Positions 1-9,800 of a stretch of DNA of 64,000 bases are shown one piece after another. Both the position numbers and the translations under genes were made by a program. The DNA is from Candidatus Latescibacterota bacterium (lineage in GTDB: Bacteria > Latescibacterota > UBA2968 > GCA-2709665): contig OZ241917.1 of assembly GCA_965203805.1 (NCBI GenBank), positions 1,440,001 through 1,504,000 on the forward strand. Direction: 5' to 3'. How positions within the stretch are numbered: the stretch's first letter is position 1; every line of letters begins with the position of its first letter. Below the pieces are notes generated by a model that saw nothing but the letters and a program-made list of their open reading frames with translations, made no database searches and was not told where the DNA came from.

Positions 1-1
1 G

Positions 2-223
2 CGCCAGTCCTCGGGCCGGCTGTACGCCAGAATCGCCGATGCCGTCATCGAGCAACTGGACGCCGTCCGCGTCGAACCGCCGGTGATCGGATCAGATGCT
101 GAGCGTATTCGGCAGCAATACGAATGGGCCATCCGGTTTCCCGGCGGCGGGCTGGAGGACTTCTGCGGGCCGGGTTTCGTGGACGACGTGATCGAGTCCA
201 AACAGCAGAAGGGTCTACTGTAA
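2..223 (+). CDS. 3' end of a hypothetical protein, truncated by the window edge
   Basis: Frame 2 is open from the start (RQSSGRLYARIADAVIEQ...KQQKGLL) to TAA at 221-223, with GC3-rich codons and the same orientation as the next genes. Confidence 0.6.
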   Translation, partial: RQSSGRLYARIADAVIEQLDAVRVEPPVIGSDAERIRQQYEWAIRFPGGGLEDFCGPGFVDDVIESKQQKGLL

Positions 224-273
224 AGAAACGAGCCGTCGAGCGGTCAATGCGACGCCGCGCCAGGCCGCTGACT

Positions 274-303
274 TTATCCTGCACATCCTGTCCATCCACG
301 TGA
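274..303 (+). repeat. 30-bp intergenic repeat, copy 1
   Basis: ttatcctgcacatcctgtccatccacgtga; related copies at 21811-21840 (-) and 51256-51285 (+). Confidence 0.7.
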
Positions 304-340
304 GTTTTCGTGTTTGGATTTTCCGACTCAGGAGCCTGCC

Positions 341-1495
341 ATGTACGATATTTTGAGCGGTCTGGCCCGCATGCAGACGAAACGGACCGGCCGTTTCTCC
401 TCGTGGGATACGACGGGCCGCAACAGCGACGCGTGGACCATCGATCCCGGCGAAACCCGGGTTCTGGCCGATATCGACGGTCCCGCGTGCATCACCCATC
501 TCTGGTTCACCCAGAGCAACCACTACCGCGAATGCCTGCTGAAGATCACGTACGACGATGCGGATGAACCCAGCGTTCTGTGCCCCCTAGGGGACTTCTT
601 CGGCCTGGGTCACAGTATTGTCAACTCCTACCAATCGCTGCTCTTTACCGCGTCGACCAACGAAAACAATCGGTTCGAGACCGGCTGCGCGCTGAACGCG
701 TACGTGCCGATGCCCTTTCGGGAACACGCTCTCGTCGAACTCGTGAACGAAAGCGAGGAGACCCACCGGCAATATTTCTACGTGGACTGGGAATCCTGCC
801 CGGACGGACTGCCGGCCGACTCCGGGTATTTCCACGCTGAATTCCGGCGGGAAAATCCCTTCGGCGGATGGGGACACGAGATCCGCGTGAACACGCCGGA
901 AGCGGATATCGTCAATGCCGGGCGCGATGCCTGGGAGAACAACTACGTCATCCTGGACGCCGGGGGGCGCGGCCACTACATCGGCTGCAATCTCAGCGTC
1001 ACCAATTTCCAGGGGACGTGGTGGGGCGAGGGTGACGATATGATCTGGGTGGATGGGTACAAATGGCCGCCGGACCTGCACGGGACCGGCAGCGAGGACT
1101 ATCTGAACCAGGCATGGGGAATGCAGCCCAACGCGTTTCTGCGCAACGGTTCCTCAATCTACGAGGGGGATACCGGCGGGTATCAGACCAGCTACGTACA
1201 CCACCTGGAGAATCCCGTACGATTCGAGCGGGAGATCAGGGTCACCATCGAGCACGGCCACGGGAACCATTTGTGCAACGAGATGAGCAGCGTGGCCTAC
1301 TGGTACGGCGACCGGCCCCGCGCCGTCGTCCAGCCGCCCGCGGTGGACCAGCGCCTTTCTGTTCGGCGCGACAACCGGGGGAACTGGTTGTATGACGCGC
1401 GATCGCAGACCACCTCGCGTACCATCCCTCTGAGTGACGAGATGAAGGAAAACAAAGCCCGCTGGAACCGGGGGCGATCCGTGACCGATTCGTAA
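341..1495 (+). CDS. DUF2961 / glycoside hydrolase family 172-like protein
   Basis: Motifs SSWDTTGRNSD, PLGDFFG, WWGEGDDMI, GTGSEDY, IEHGHGN; AGGAG RBS before ATG 341. Confidence 0.85.
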   Translation: MYDILSGLARMQTKRTGRFSSWDTTGRNSDAWTIDPGETRVLADIDGPACITHLWFTQSNHYRECLLKITYDDADEPSVLCPLGDFFGLGHSIVNSYQSLLFTASTNENNRFETGCALNAYVPMPFREHALVELVNESEETHRQYFYVDWESCPDGLPADSGYFHAEFRRENPFGGWGHEIRVNTPEADIVNAGRDAWENNYVILDAGGRGHYIGCNLSVTNFQGTWWGEGDDMIWVDGYKWPPDLHGTGSEDYLNQAWGMQPNAFLRNGSSIYEGDTGGYQTSYVHHLENPVRFEREIRVTIEHGHGNHLCNEMSSVAYWYGDRPRAVVQPPAVDQRLSVRRDNRGNWLYDARSQTTSRTIPLSDEMKENKARWNRGRSVTDS

Positions 1496-1548
1496 CGCCA
1501 GGCGGGGTCCGGCGAGAAATAACCGGGAGGCGCAGGCGGGATAGGGCA

Positions 1549-3024
1549 ATGACGAAAGGCAAACAGCCGAATATCGTGCTCATCATGTCCGACCAGCACA
1601 ACGCGAACGTGATGGGCTGCGCGGGAAACCCGATTGTCCGCACGCCCAACCTGGATGCGCTGGCCGGACAGGGCACCCGCTTCACGAATGCCTACTGTCC
1701 CTACCCGCTGTGCGCCCCGTCCCGCATGGGCTTTATGGCCGGCGCCTATCCCAGCGAAGTCGGTGGATTCGACAACAGCGGGACCCTCTCTTCAGATGTG
1801 CCCACGTTCGCCCACGGCCTGAGTGCGGCGGGTTACGAGACCGTCCTGTGCGGACGGATGCACTTTATCGGGCCGGACCGATTGCACGGTTTCGGGAAAC
1901 GCATCCACGGCGACTGCGGCGGGACGCTCTCTCCGGAAATCCGGGGATCGGGAAACAACCGAACGACCGGGCAGTCGAAATACGCCGTTGAGGTTGCGGG
2001 ATACGGAAGCACGGGGTACCAGGCCTTCGACGACAGCGTCACGGAAGCGGCGTGCAACGACATCTCAACATGGACGGGGGACGGTCGCCCTCACTGCCTG
2101 GTCGTCGGTCTGATACTGCCCCACAACCCCCTCATCTGTTCCATGCCCCTGTTCGACCGCTATTTGGAAGAAATTCCACTCCCGGAGCCCGTATCTCCCG
2201 CTTATCTGGACGCCCTCCATCCTGCAATGCGGAAGTGGCGGGAACGCCGGGGCGTGGACGAGTTGACGCGCGAACAGAACCGGCGGGGACTGGCCGCCTA
2301 TTACGGCCTGGTCACGGAACTCGACACTAACGTCGGTAGAATCGTGAATGCGGTCAAGTCTTCCCCGGCAGCCGAAAATACAGTCATCATCTACTGCTCG
2401 GACCATGGCGATATGGCCTGCGAGCACGGCATGTGGTGGAAGAGCAGTTTCTACGACGGTTCGGCCCGTGTTCCACTGATCGTATCCTGCCCCGGGCAAG
2501 TTTCACGCGGCACCAACAACGCCGTTGTCAGCCTCATCGGCGTGGGCCCCACGGTCCTTGAACTGGCGGACGCGGCAACCCTCCCGGGTGTTTCGGGAAG
2601 GAGTCTCGCGGGTTTCCTGCGCGGTGACGGCGTCATTCCCGGCTGGCCCGACGAAGTCTATTCGGAATACATCGGTCTGTTGGGCGACGGACCCGCCTGC
2701 ATGGTCCGTCGAGGGCCGTGGAAGCTGAACTACTATCATGAATTCCGATCCTGCCAGCTATTCAACATGGAGGAGGACCCCGGCGAAATGCACGACCTGT
2801 CGCAGGATTCCGGATGCCGGGAAATCGTGGCGGATTGCCGGGAACGAATTCGCGCACGGTGGTCTGCCGAACGCATGCTCGAGGAAGCCGAAAGGCAGAA
2901 CCAGGCACGAGACCTGATCAGGCAAGCCGGTCGCAGCGCCACGCCCCCACCCATCGTCCCCTTCGTTGCTCCGGAGGGATGCAACCGGTTCGACTTTTCG
3001 CAGTTGCCCGATCGTGCGACATAG
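1549..3024 (+). CDS. Formylglycine-dependent sulfatase (choline-sulfatase-like)
   Basis: PNIVLIMSDQH, CAPSR (CxPxR), GRMHF, SDHG, and DPGE near the C-terminus. Confidence 0.9.
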   Translation: MTKGKQPNIVLIMSDQHNANVMGCAGNPIVRTPNLDALAGQGTRFTNAYCPYPLCAPSRMGFMAGAYPSEVGGFDNSGTLSSDVPTFAHGLSAAGYETVLCGRMHFIGPDRLHGFGKRIHGDCGGTLSPEIRGSGNNRTTGQSKYAVEVAGYGSTGYQAFDDSVTEAACNDISTWTGDGRPHCLVVGLILPHNPLICSMPLFDRYLEEIPLPEPVSPAYLDALHPAMRKWRERRGVDELTREQNRRGLAAYYGLVTELDTNVGRIVNAVKSSPAAENTVIIYCSDHGDMACEHGMWWKSSFYDGSARVPLIVSCPGQVSRGTNNAVVSLIGVGPTVLELADAATLPGVSGRSLAGFLRGDGVIPGWPDEVYSEYIGLLGDGPACMVRRGPWKLNYYHEFRSCQLFNMEEDPGEMHDLSQDSGCREIVADCRERIRARWSAERMLEEAERQNQARDLIRQAGRSATPPPIVPFVAPEGCNRFDFSQLPDRAT

Positions 3025-3031
3025 GGCAGGC

Positions 3032-4699
3032 TCAGTCTTCACTCGCCAATATCCCCTCCACCGCGTCGGACCACGTACCGCATCGGACCTCGAGCGTCCA
3101 ATCGACCGGCGTCTGCAGCGCAATCAGAACCCGGCATGCCTCCGGCGCCTGCTCGCTCAAGCGCATCTGCCACATCCGGTGCGCGCAGGCACCGGGACCC
3201 ACGGCAATCGCGTCGGTTCCGACATGATAGGTCGCGTACCCGGTCTTGAGGAACGCGATCTGGCCCGCTCCGCCCTGGATTGCGCCGCTGTCGAAGTCGA
3301 GTTCCCCACCGGGCGCGAAATCGCACGTAATCTGAAACGGCACCCTGTCCATCGCATCCGACCGGACCCGGAGGTCGAACCCGCCGTCCACCTCCTTCAC
3401 CGTCAGCTCGACCACCAGGGGCGGCACCGGGGTGAATTCCCGCTTCCAGCGCGCCTCCTCCCACTGTGTCTGGTCCACCGGTTCGCCCAGCGGGTGGAAG
3501 TACCCGGGGCTGTCGTAGTGCCACCCTCTTCCGGGATGCGTGATCCGGATCCCGCCGCCGGCCTCGCGGAAATTCTCCCCCACAAACTGTGACGTTCCAT
3601 AATAGCTTGCACAGATTTGAACCGACGTCAATTCGGCGTCGCCGTACTTCAGGCTGAACGCCGACGGTATCCCCGAGGCCGTCGTCGCGCTCATCCTGCC
3701 CCTGCGCACCCGCCAGATCCCCGAGACCGGATACACCTTCGAATAGCTTTCGGACAATGGCGCTCGCTTCAGGTTGTCCTCACGCCATTCGGGGTGTTCC
3801 AGGAAGGGGTGCAGCGTCCACGGCAGTCCACCGGGTTCCCGATCGAACAGCCAGTCGGCGACCGACGCGTAAAATCCGTTGTCCTCGGCGCGCGCCATCG
3901 CGTAATAACTGTCCGCCAGAAACACCGGGACCGTCCGCTGTCCGCGGTCCTGCCTTTGCGACACGCTGGTCACAACCGTGCCGTCCGCATGGAGGAGGTG
4001 GCAGGAAAGGTCCAGGTTCTGCCGAACGGGATCCAGCAACTCCGGCCGGCCCAGCGCCTCAGCGGCGATTCGCAGCGACCGGTTGCAGACCGCGTTGTAG
4101 ACCCCGGTGCTCCGCTCCGTATATTCCCCGTCGGCATTGATATCGATGGTTTCCGCCAGGTACGCCTCGATCGTATCCATAACATCCAGATCCGGAAACA
4201 GCGCCCGCGCCTGTGCGAGGGCTGAGACCAGCACCCACCGGTGGTTGGGCGTATGGAAACCGCCCTCAGCCATACCCGGCGTGGCGGTATGGATCAACTC
4301 GCCGAGCGCCCCGGCGATCTCCCCGGCACCGACATCGCCCTCGACCTTCCGCGCCGCCTCCACCACCGGCGCCATCAATTGCACCAGAAAGCCGGTATCC
4401 GGCGCCGAATCGAAATTGGTCTCCACCAGGTCGAAACGTCCGGACTCCCGCCGGACCCTCCGGCCGAAACCGGCGCCAAGCAGAATTCGCTCCAGGACTT
4501 CGGCGCTGCGAAAGTGTGCGGAGCCTTCCAGCAGCCAGGCATAGCAGAGAGGAACAACCTGACCCACACCGGTTCCGCCGGCCACACCGTTCTGGACGAA
4601 ACCTCCGCGGTGCGGATGAGAACGGTCAACGATCTGGGTTGACAGAATGGATGCCACCCGGGCGTCGAGCAGGGGCAACAGGGCGTCGTAGGTTAACAT
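3032..4699 (-). CDS. Conserved hypothetical protein, possibly heparinase II/III-like fold
   Basis: 555-aa ORF with host codon bias; NHRW and DGEYTERSTGVY resemble lyase-family motifs; GGAGG RBS upstream. Confidence 0.6.
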   Translation of the reverse strand: MLTYDALLPLLDARVASILSTQIVDRSHPHRGGFVQNGVAGGTGVGQVVPLCYAWLLEGSAHFRSAEVLERILLGAGFGRRVRRESGRFDLVETNFDSAPDTGFLVQLMAPVVEAARKVEGDVGAGEIAGALGELIHTATPGMAEGGFHTPNHRWVLVSALAQARALFPDLDVMDTIEAYLAETIDINADGEYTERSTGVYNAVCNRSLRIAAEALGRPELLDPVRQNLDLSCHLLHADGTVVTSVSQRQDRGQRTVPVFLADSYYAMARAEDNGFYASVADWLFDREPGGLPWTLHPFLEHPEWREDNLKRAPLSESYSKVYPVSGIWRVRRGRMSATTASGIPSAFSLKYGDAELTSVQICASYYGTSQFVGENFREAGGGIRITHPGRGWHYDSPGYFHPLGEPVDQTQWEEARWKREFTPVPPLVVELTVKEVDGGFDLRVRSDAMDRVPFQITCDFAPGGELDFDSGAIQGGAGQIAFLKTGYATYHVGTDAIAVGPGACAHRMWQMRLSEQAPEACRVLIALQTPVDWTLEVRCGTWSDAVEGILASED

Positions 4700-5010
4700 C
4701 GGATGGCCTCCCTATGGGGCGGTGTGTGTTCGTGTCTTCGACGACAATACACGGTATGCATGGTACGCGTGCATCCGGTCACCCAAACCTCGCAAGTTAC
4801 TTCGCGGACCGGTCGATGGCGAACGGGTTCTTCAAGAGCAATAAAACTCGGCTGGACATCCGGCCGCGCGCTTCTCTTTGAAAAAACAGACTTGACTTTT
4901 CCGGAAACGATTTCGGATATTCTGGAGGCCTGCCAGAACAACATGACTGCCTGATCCCGGTCCTGGGGTGTAGCTTTCCGGGCGCGGAGAGGTCTCGGAG
5001 GAGTTTTCTT

Positions 5011-5907
5011 ATGCGTCTTGTGCTGGCTGTCTTTTCGGCGGTCTTCGCTCTTCAGATGTTTTGTTACAACTCCGACGTATGGTCCCAATCGGAACCCGTA
5101 GAGTCACCGCGCTCCGGTTGGTACGTCGGCGCGACACTGGGATTGAACCGGGCGAACGACATCGAGCAGGACGGTTGGAATCGGGATACGTTCTGTTACC
5201 CGACGGATGCCTGTTTCGATCTGGACCCCATTCCCCGGATCTCGGGATACCGCTGGCACTATAACGTCGAACCCGCCCGCGGCGCCGCGATCGAGGTCTC
5301 TTTCGGACGCGTGCTGGGACCCAAACGGCTGGAGCTATCGCTCGCGCAGAGGAAGAACGGCGTCAGCCAGGTCTTTCGAAGTGTCACCAATTACGACGGC
5401 GTGCGCATGGAGGACCGCCGGGGCGGCACGATCGCGTCCAACACCCGGGCTTCGATTGACGATCTCGTCGTGCGCTCGTTTTCGCTCAACGCATACTACG
5501 ATCTACATGGTGCGCGCATCGGTATTTCACCCTATATGGGCTTCGGGTTGGGAGCGGCGCAGGTCGTGATGGCCGGGGCGCACTTCTCGAACGACCACCA
5601 GGAAACATCGGTCGGCGGCCAGGTTTACGATCCTCCGCTCTCTTTCTACAACAGCCGCCAGGATGGAGACCTCTCCGACGTGGTTCCGGTCGGGAGCGTA
5701 CACGCGGGCGCTGACTACACGGTCGGCGACAGGACGACACTGGGACTGAAGTTGACGTACTCGATGACCGGCGGCGCTGAAGTCCGCGGGAAATATTCGA
5801 CGCATCCGATGCACAGCCTGGATCCGGACTTCCCAAACCACAATACGTTCGCCGGGGCCCGTCAATGGACGCTGACACTCAATGCCAGGCGGATTTTCGG
5901 CAACTGA
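5011..5907 (+). CDS. Outer-membrane beta-barrel protein (OmpA-TM/Msp2-like)
   Basis: Signal peptide, GWYVG, LNAYYD, PYMGFGLG, C-terminal aromatic residue; GGAGGAG RBS. Confidence 0.75.
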   Translation: MRLVLAVFSAVFALQMFCYNSDVWSQSEPVESPRSGWYVGATLGLNRANDIEQDGWNRDTFCYPTDACFDLDPIPRISGYRWHYNVEPARGAAIEVSFGRVLGPKRLELSLAQRKNGVSQVFRSVTNYDGVRMEDRRGGTIASNTRASIDDLVVRSFSLNAYYDLHGARIGISPYMGFGLGAAQVVMAGAHFSNDHQETSVGGQVYDPPLSFYNSRQDGDLSDVVPVGSVHAGADYTVGDRTTLGLKLTYSMTGGAEVRGKYSTHPMHSLDPDFPNHNTFAGARQWTLTLNARRIFGN

Positions 5908-5980
5908 ATCGGCAATCCGGCGCGCTGGCGACCTGAGAGCACACTTTAATTCAATCCAGACATCCGTTGCGAGGATTGAC

Positions 5981-7288
5981 ATGGGAAAAAAGGCGAATTA
6001 TCCGGGATTGTCCGAACTCTACAGGCGTGATCCCGACAAAGCCGACAAACTCCTGTTCGGCCGCGAGACCCATCCCGACCGGCGCGGATTCCTGAAAGGC
6101 GCGGGACTGGCGATCATGGGGGCGATGGTCGGATCGACCATACCGTTCCACCGATACCTCCCCGCACACTTCATCCCTTCCGTGCTCGCCGCGGAAAGAA
6201 CCATTCGCGGCAAAGACGGGCTGGTTGTCATCAACGAACGCCCGGTCAATGCCGAAACCCCCGCCCACCTGCTGGACGACGCCATTACGCCCACGGAAAG
6301 GCATTTCATTCGGAACAACGGTTTTCCCCCGGAGAACACGGATGCGACGGGCTGGAAGCTGACGGTTGACGGCCTGGTGGACACGCCGATAACGTTGGAT
6401 ATCGACGACCTCAAACAACGGTTCGAGGTGGTCACCCGCGCGTTGGTGCTGGAGTGCGGCGGCAACGGCCGCGCGTTCTTCGACCCTCCCGCGAAGGGCG
6501 ATCATTGGACCTACGGCGCCGTGGGCTGCTCAGAATGGACGGGCGTTCGCCTCGCCGACGTCCTCAAAGCCGTCGGGGTGAAGAGAAGCGTCATCTATAC
6601 CGCGCATGAAGGCGCCGATACCCACCTCTCAGGCGAGCCGGGCAGGCTTCCCCTCTCGCGGGGCGTGCCGATCGAAAAGGCCATGGACGAACACAACCTC
6701 ATCGCTTTCGCCCAGAACGGAAGACCGATCCACCCCATGAACGGCGCGCCGCTTCGCCTGATCATCCCCGGGTGGCCGGGATCCTGCTCGCAGAAGTGGC
6801 TGACCCGCATCTGGCTGCGCGACCGGGTGCATGATGGTCCGAAGATGACCGGCACCTCCTACCGGGTCCCGAATCGCCCCGTCGCCCCGGGCGAGGAGGT
6901 GGACGAGAAAGACTTCAGGATCATACACAGCATGCCCGTCAAGTCGTTGATCACGAATCCGTCCAACGGCCACAGGACGGGCGACCGGTCGCTGACGGTC
7001 CGCGGCCACGCGTGGGCCGGCGACCGGCGGGTGGATGCCGTGCATCTCTCGATCGACTTCGGCGCAACGTGGATGAACACGGATCTGGACGACCCGGTGA
7101 ACCCGTACGCGTGGCAGAACTGGCGGGCAAGCGTCGCGTTTCCGCAGGCGGGGTATTACGAGGTCTGGGCCCGGGCGACCGACTCGCACGGTGAGCGCCA
7201 GCCGCATGCGATCGCGTGGAACCCACGGGGCTATCTCAATAACGCCATGCATCGGGTGGCGGTCACTGTAAAAAAGGATGAAGGATGA
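5981..7288 (+). CDS. Tat-exported sulfite oxidase family molybdoenzyme (SorA/SorT/SoxC-like)
   Basis: RRGFLKG Tat motif, NAETP, FIRNN, LECGGNGR (Mo-ligating Cys), NGAPLRL. Confidence 0.88.
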   Translation: MGKKANYPGLSELYRRDPDKADKLLFGRETHPDRRGFLKGAGLAIMGAMVGSTIPFHRYLPAHFIPSVLAAERTIRGKDGLVVINERPVNAETPAHLLDDAITPTERHFIRNNGFPPENTDATGWKLTVDGLVDTPITLDIDDLKQRFEVVTRALVLECGGNGRAFFDPPAKGDHWTYGAVGCSEWTGVRLADVLKAVGVKRSVIYTAHEGADTHLSGEPGRLPLSRGVPIEKAMDEHNLIAFAQNGRPIHPMNGAPLRLIIPGWPGSCSQKWLTRIWLRDRVHDGPKMTGTSYRVPNRPVAPGEEVDEKDFRIIHSMPVKSLITNPSNGHRTGDRSLTVRGHAWAGDRRVDAVHLSIDFGATWMNTDLDDPVNPYAWQNWRASVAFPQAGYYEVWARATDSHGERQPHAIAWNPRGYLNNAMHRVAVTVKKDEG

Positions 7289-7360
7289 CGGACAAATGAA
7301 AAAGGAAGAACGAAGAAGACTGATAGCTACTTGCGGCCTGCGCCGAACGGATTATTGACC

Positions 7361-8068
7361 ATGTCACTCACATCAGAACAGGTCCACCTGTTTCGCCACA
7401 TCGGCTTTCTCAGATTGGAAAACCGGCTTCCGAAGGCGCTTGTTGAAGCGCTCAAAGAAGCAATCTGGAGCAACATCCGCGAAGAGGTGGAACCGGTTGT
7501 GCGCGACCGCGAAGGGCGAGTCATTCGCCTCTCGGGCGTCGTGGACCGGGACCCTGTTTTCCTCGAGTCGGCGACCAGCCCCCTGGTACTGGATCCCCTG
7601 GAATCCCTTCTGGGCCCCAACATAGAGCTCATCAAGAACAGACACAACCACGCCACGCTCCGCCGGGCCTCGGAGCACCGTCCGGAAGGAATGCACCGGG
7701 ACGTCAGGCAGTGGTCGCGTACCATCTTCACGGTGCTCTTCTACCTGGAGGAAACAACCGTGGAAAACGGTTGCACCATGGTTGTCCCGGGCTCCCACCA
7801 TTTTCCGGGCGTTGAAGGCCGCCTATACGACGACGACGCAACGCTGCGTCTCCTTGAACAGGCGGTGCCCGTGCCCATGCCCGAAGGCGGGATGCTCGTG
7901 ATCGACAGCATGATCATGCACGGCGTTGGGCGGAACCTGACCGACGGCACCCGTATGAGCATGACCCTGGGATACCACAGCGTGGACGAAATCGCCGACG
8001 TGGTGAATCCGCACCGGATGCTTGTGCGCGGAGAACGCCCCTACGACGGCAATGTGCCACGGAGATAG
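7361..8068 (+). CDS. PhyH-family Fe/2OG dioxygenase
   Basis: GF+xL start, HRD, ENGCTMVVPGSH, distal H, R. Confidence 0.85.
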   Translation: MSLTSEQVHLFRHIGFLRLENRLPKALVEALKEAIWSNIREEVEPVVRDREGRVIRLSGVVDRDPVFLESATSPLVLDPLESLLGPNIELIKNRHNHATLRRASEHRPEGMHRDVRQWSRTIFTVLFYLEETTVENGCTMVVPGSHHFPGVEGRLYDDDATLRLLEQAVPVPMPEGGMLVIDSMIMHGVGRNLTDGTRMSMTLGYHSVDEIADVVNPHRMLVRGERPYDGNVPRR

Positions 8069-8464
8069 CGCCTCATCCTTTCACGTTGTTTCAGTAAGCC
8101 GGCCATGTGATCGCGAATCGATTACGGATGAAATAACCCTTATATTCCCAATGGTTAATCCAAGGTCCCGCCAATTCACGGTATGGATTGCGATCGGCCC
8201 TGCCATTGCGTATCTTGCACCAGGGCTTGTGACAACACACCATCGGATTTCAGGCGGTTTTTTACGGAAGGCCCAGTAATCGTCGGGAAACTGCCTGATC
8301 CACGCCTGTCAGGGGGCGGCGCGGAAACGGAAGTAAGGTGCAGTGCGCCGTACACTTTGTGCCCACAGGCATTCAGAGAGTTACGGCGATTCGACAGCAG
8401 AACCCGGACCACGTCGACGCTCAGTTCAATACCATTGGCCATTCGTGCAATGAGTTTTCGGTTT

Positions 8465-8803
8465 ATGAATGCGAAAGCTCCACAAATTACAGAACCGCTT
8501 TTGGATGAGATCACGAGAAAAATCGTCGATCACTTTCATCCGGTTCAAATTGTACTTTTCGGCTCCTATGCCTATGGAGAGCCAACGAACGATAGCGACA
8601 TAGATTTGCTTGTCATAATGGACTCAGAATTGCGCCCGACAGCGCGAAGCGCCGCGGTTGCCAACATCTGTCGCCCCAAATATGTCGCGATGGATATTGT
8701 CGTGCGTACACCTGAAGAAATCCAAACCCGCCTGCGTGACTTCGATCCATTTCTCGAAGGAATCTTTAAATTTGGACGCACCCTTTACAAATCAGCCGGG
8801 TGA
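8465..8803 (+). CDS. Minimal nucleotidyltransferase (MNT antitoxin)
   Basis: LFGSYAYG...SDIDLLV motif; overlaps a HEPN gene. Confidence 0.85.
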   Translation: MNAKAPQITEPLLDEITRKIVDHFHPVQIVLFGSYAYGEPTNDSDIDLLVIMDSELRPTARSAAVANICRPKYVAMDIVVRTPEEIQTRLRDFDPFLEGIFKFGRTLYKSAG

Positions 8804-9182
8804 TATACAAGCGTGGGTCTAAAAAGCGGAAGAGGACTATCGCACGGCCACTACAATGGTTCGGAAACGCAGCGAACCTGTTCCCGACAATGTTTGTTTC
8901 TGCGCGCATCAGTGCATTGAAAAGTACCTCAAAGCTTTTCTTGTTTTTCATCGCGTTCATTTTCCGAAAACTCACGATCTTCTGGCACTGTTGGATTTCG
9001 CGGTGGATATAGATTCCGATCTCGAGGAATTGCGACTTGATCTCAATTATCTATACCCGTTTGCCGTTGAATATCGCTATCCCGGGGAAAACGCGACTGT
9101 CGAAGAATCAAGAAAGACAGTAAGGGTAATGCGGCGCGGGCGGCGCATTCTGAGGGCGAAACTAAACATCGGAGATGCATAA
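8772..9182 (+). pseudogene. HEPN domain toxin with an in-frame TAA at 8820-8822
   Basis: From TTG 8772 the frame reads ...DIQAWV*KAEEDY...CFCAHQCIEKYLKA...THDL...RYPG, so the conserved first helix is interrupted. Confidence 0.75.
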
Positions 9183-9197
9183 CGTCCAAAGAAGGCG

Positions 9198-9722
9198 CTA
9201 CATCTCCAGTGTTACGGATTCAGCGTGTCCCTTCCACTTTCCGGTCACAGAATAAATGACCGTTTCGTGGCAGACGACGATCACCCGCTGAAGGGACCGG
9301 TGTCTTTCCATTACACGACCGACGCGCTCGCGAACGCTGGACAGCGGCTCCCAGTCTTTCGTTTCACCGGGCGGCCACTCCCCGTCGGACTCAAGCATTT
9401 CAGCCACTGTTTCGTTGACCTGCTCCAGCGAATCGCGCCATCCGCAGATCCATTCGTGCAGATCGAATTCGACGTGTAGCGGAATACCGAGCCTGCGGCT
9501 GACGATGGCGGCCGATTGGAGCGCCCTCGTCATCGGGGACGATATAACCAGTTGATAATTCGCGGCTTCCAGGTCATCGGACGCTTTCTCGATCTGGCGA
9601 ATTCCGGTTGCAGTCAACGGAACGATATGGGCCGCCCAGCCGACGGCGGCGCCCTTGAGTTCACCTCCGGCAGCCAGGCGCCAGTCAGGCTCTCCGTGCC
9701 GAATAAGATGGAAAGTCGTCAT
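9198..9722 (-). CDS. Histidine phosphatase family protein
   Basis: LIRHGE, SSPMTRALQSA, L.E, VVCH. Confidence 0.85.
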   Translation of the reverse strand: MTTFHLIRHGEPDWRLAAGGELKGAAVGWAAHIVPLTATGIRQIEKASDDLEAANYQLVISSPMTRALQSAAIVSRRLGIPLHVEFDLHEWICGWRDSLEQVNETVAEMLESDGEWPPGETKDWEPLSSVRERVGRVMERHRSLQRVIVVCHETVIYSVTGKWKGHAESVTLEM

Positions 9723-9800
9723 TTCTTTAACGAGGAATGCAAGACCATACCGGGCGCAAGCGTGCCTGGACGATACGGTTTCAGGATCCCCTGTCTGATC

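Noticed and set aside
4921-5010. Possible Moco riboswitch upstream of the OMP and sulfite oxidase
   Set aside because: I could not match the conserved motif elements; a covariance search would be needed.
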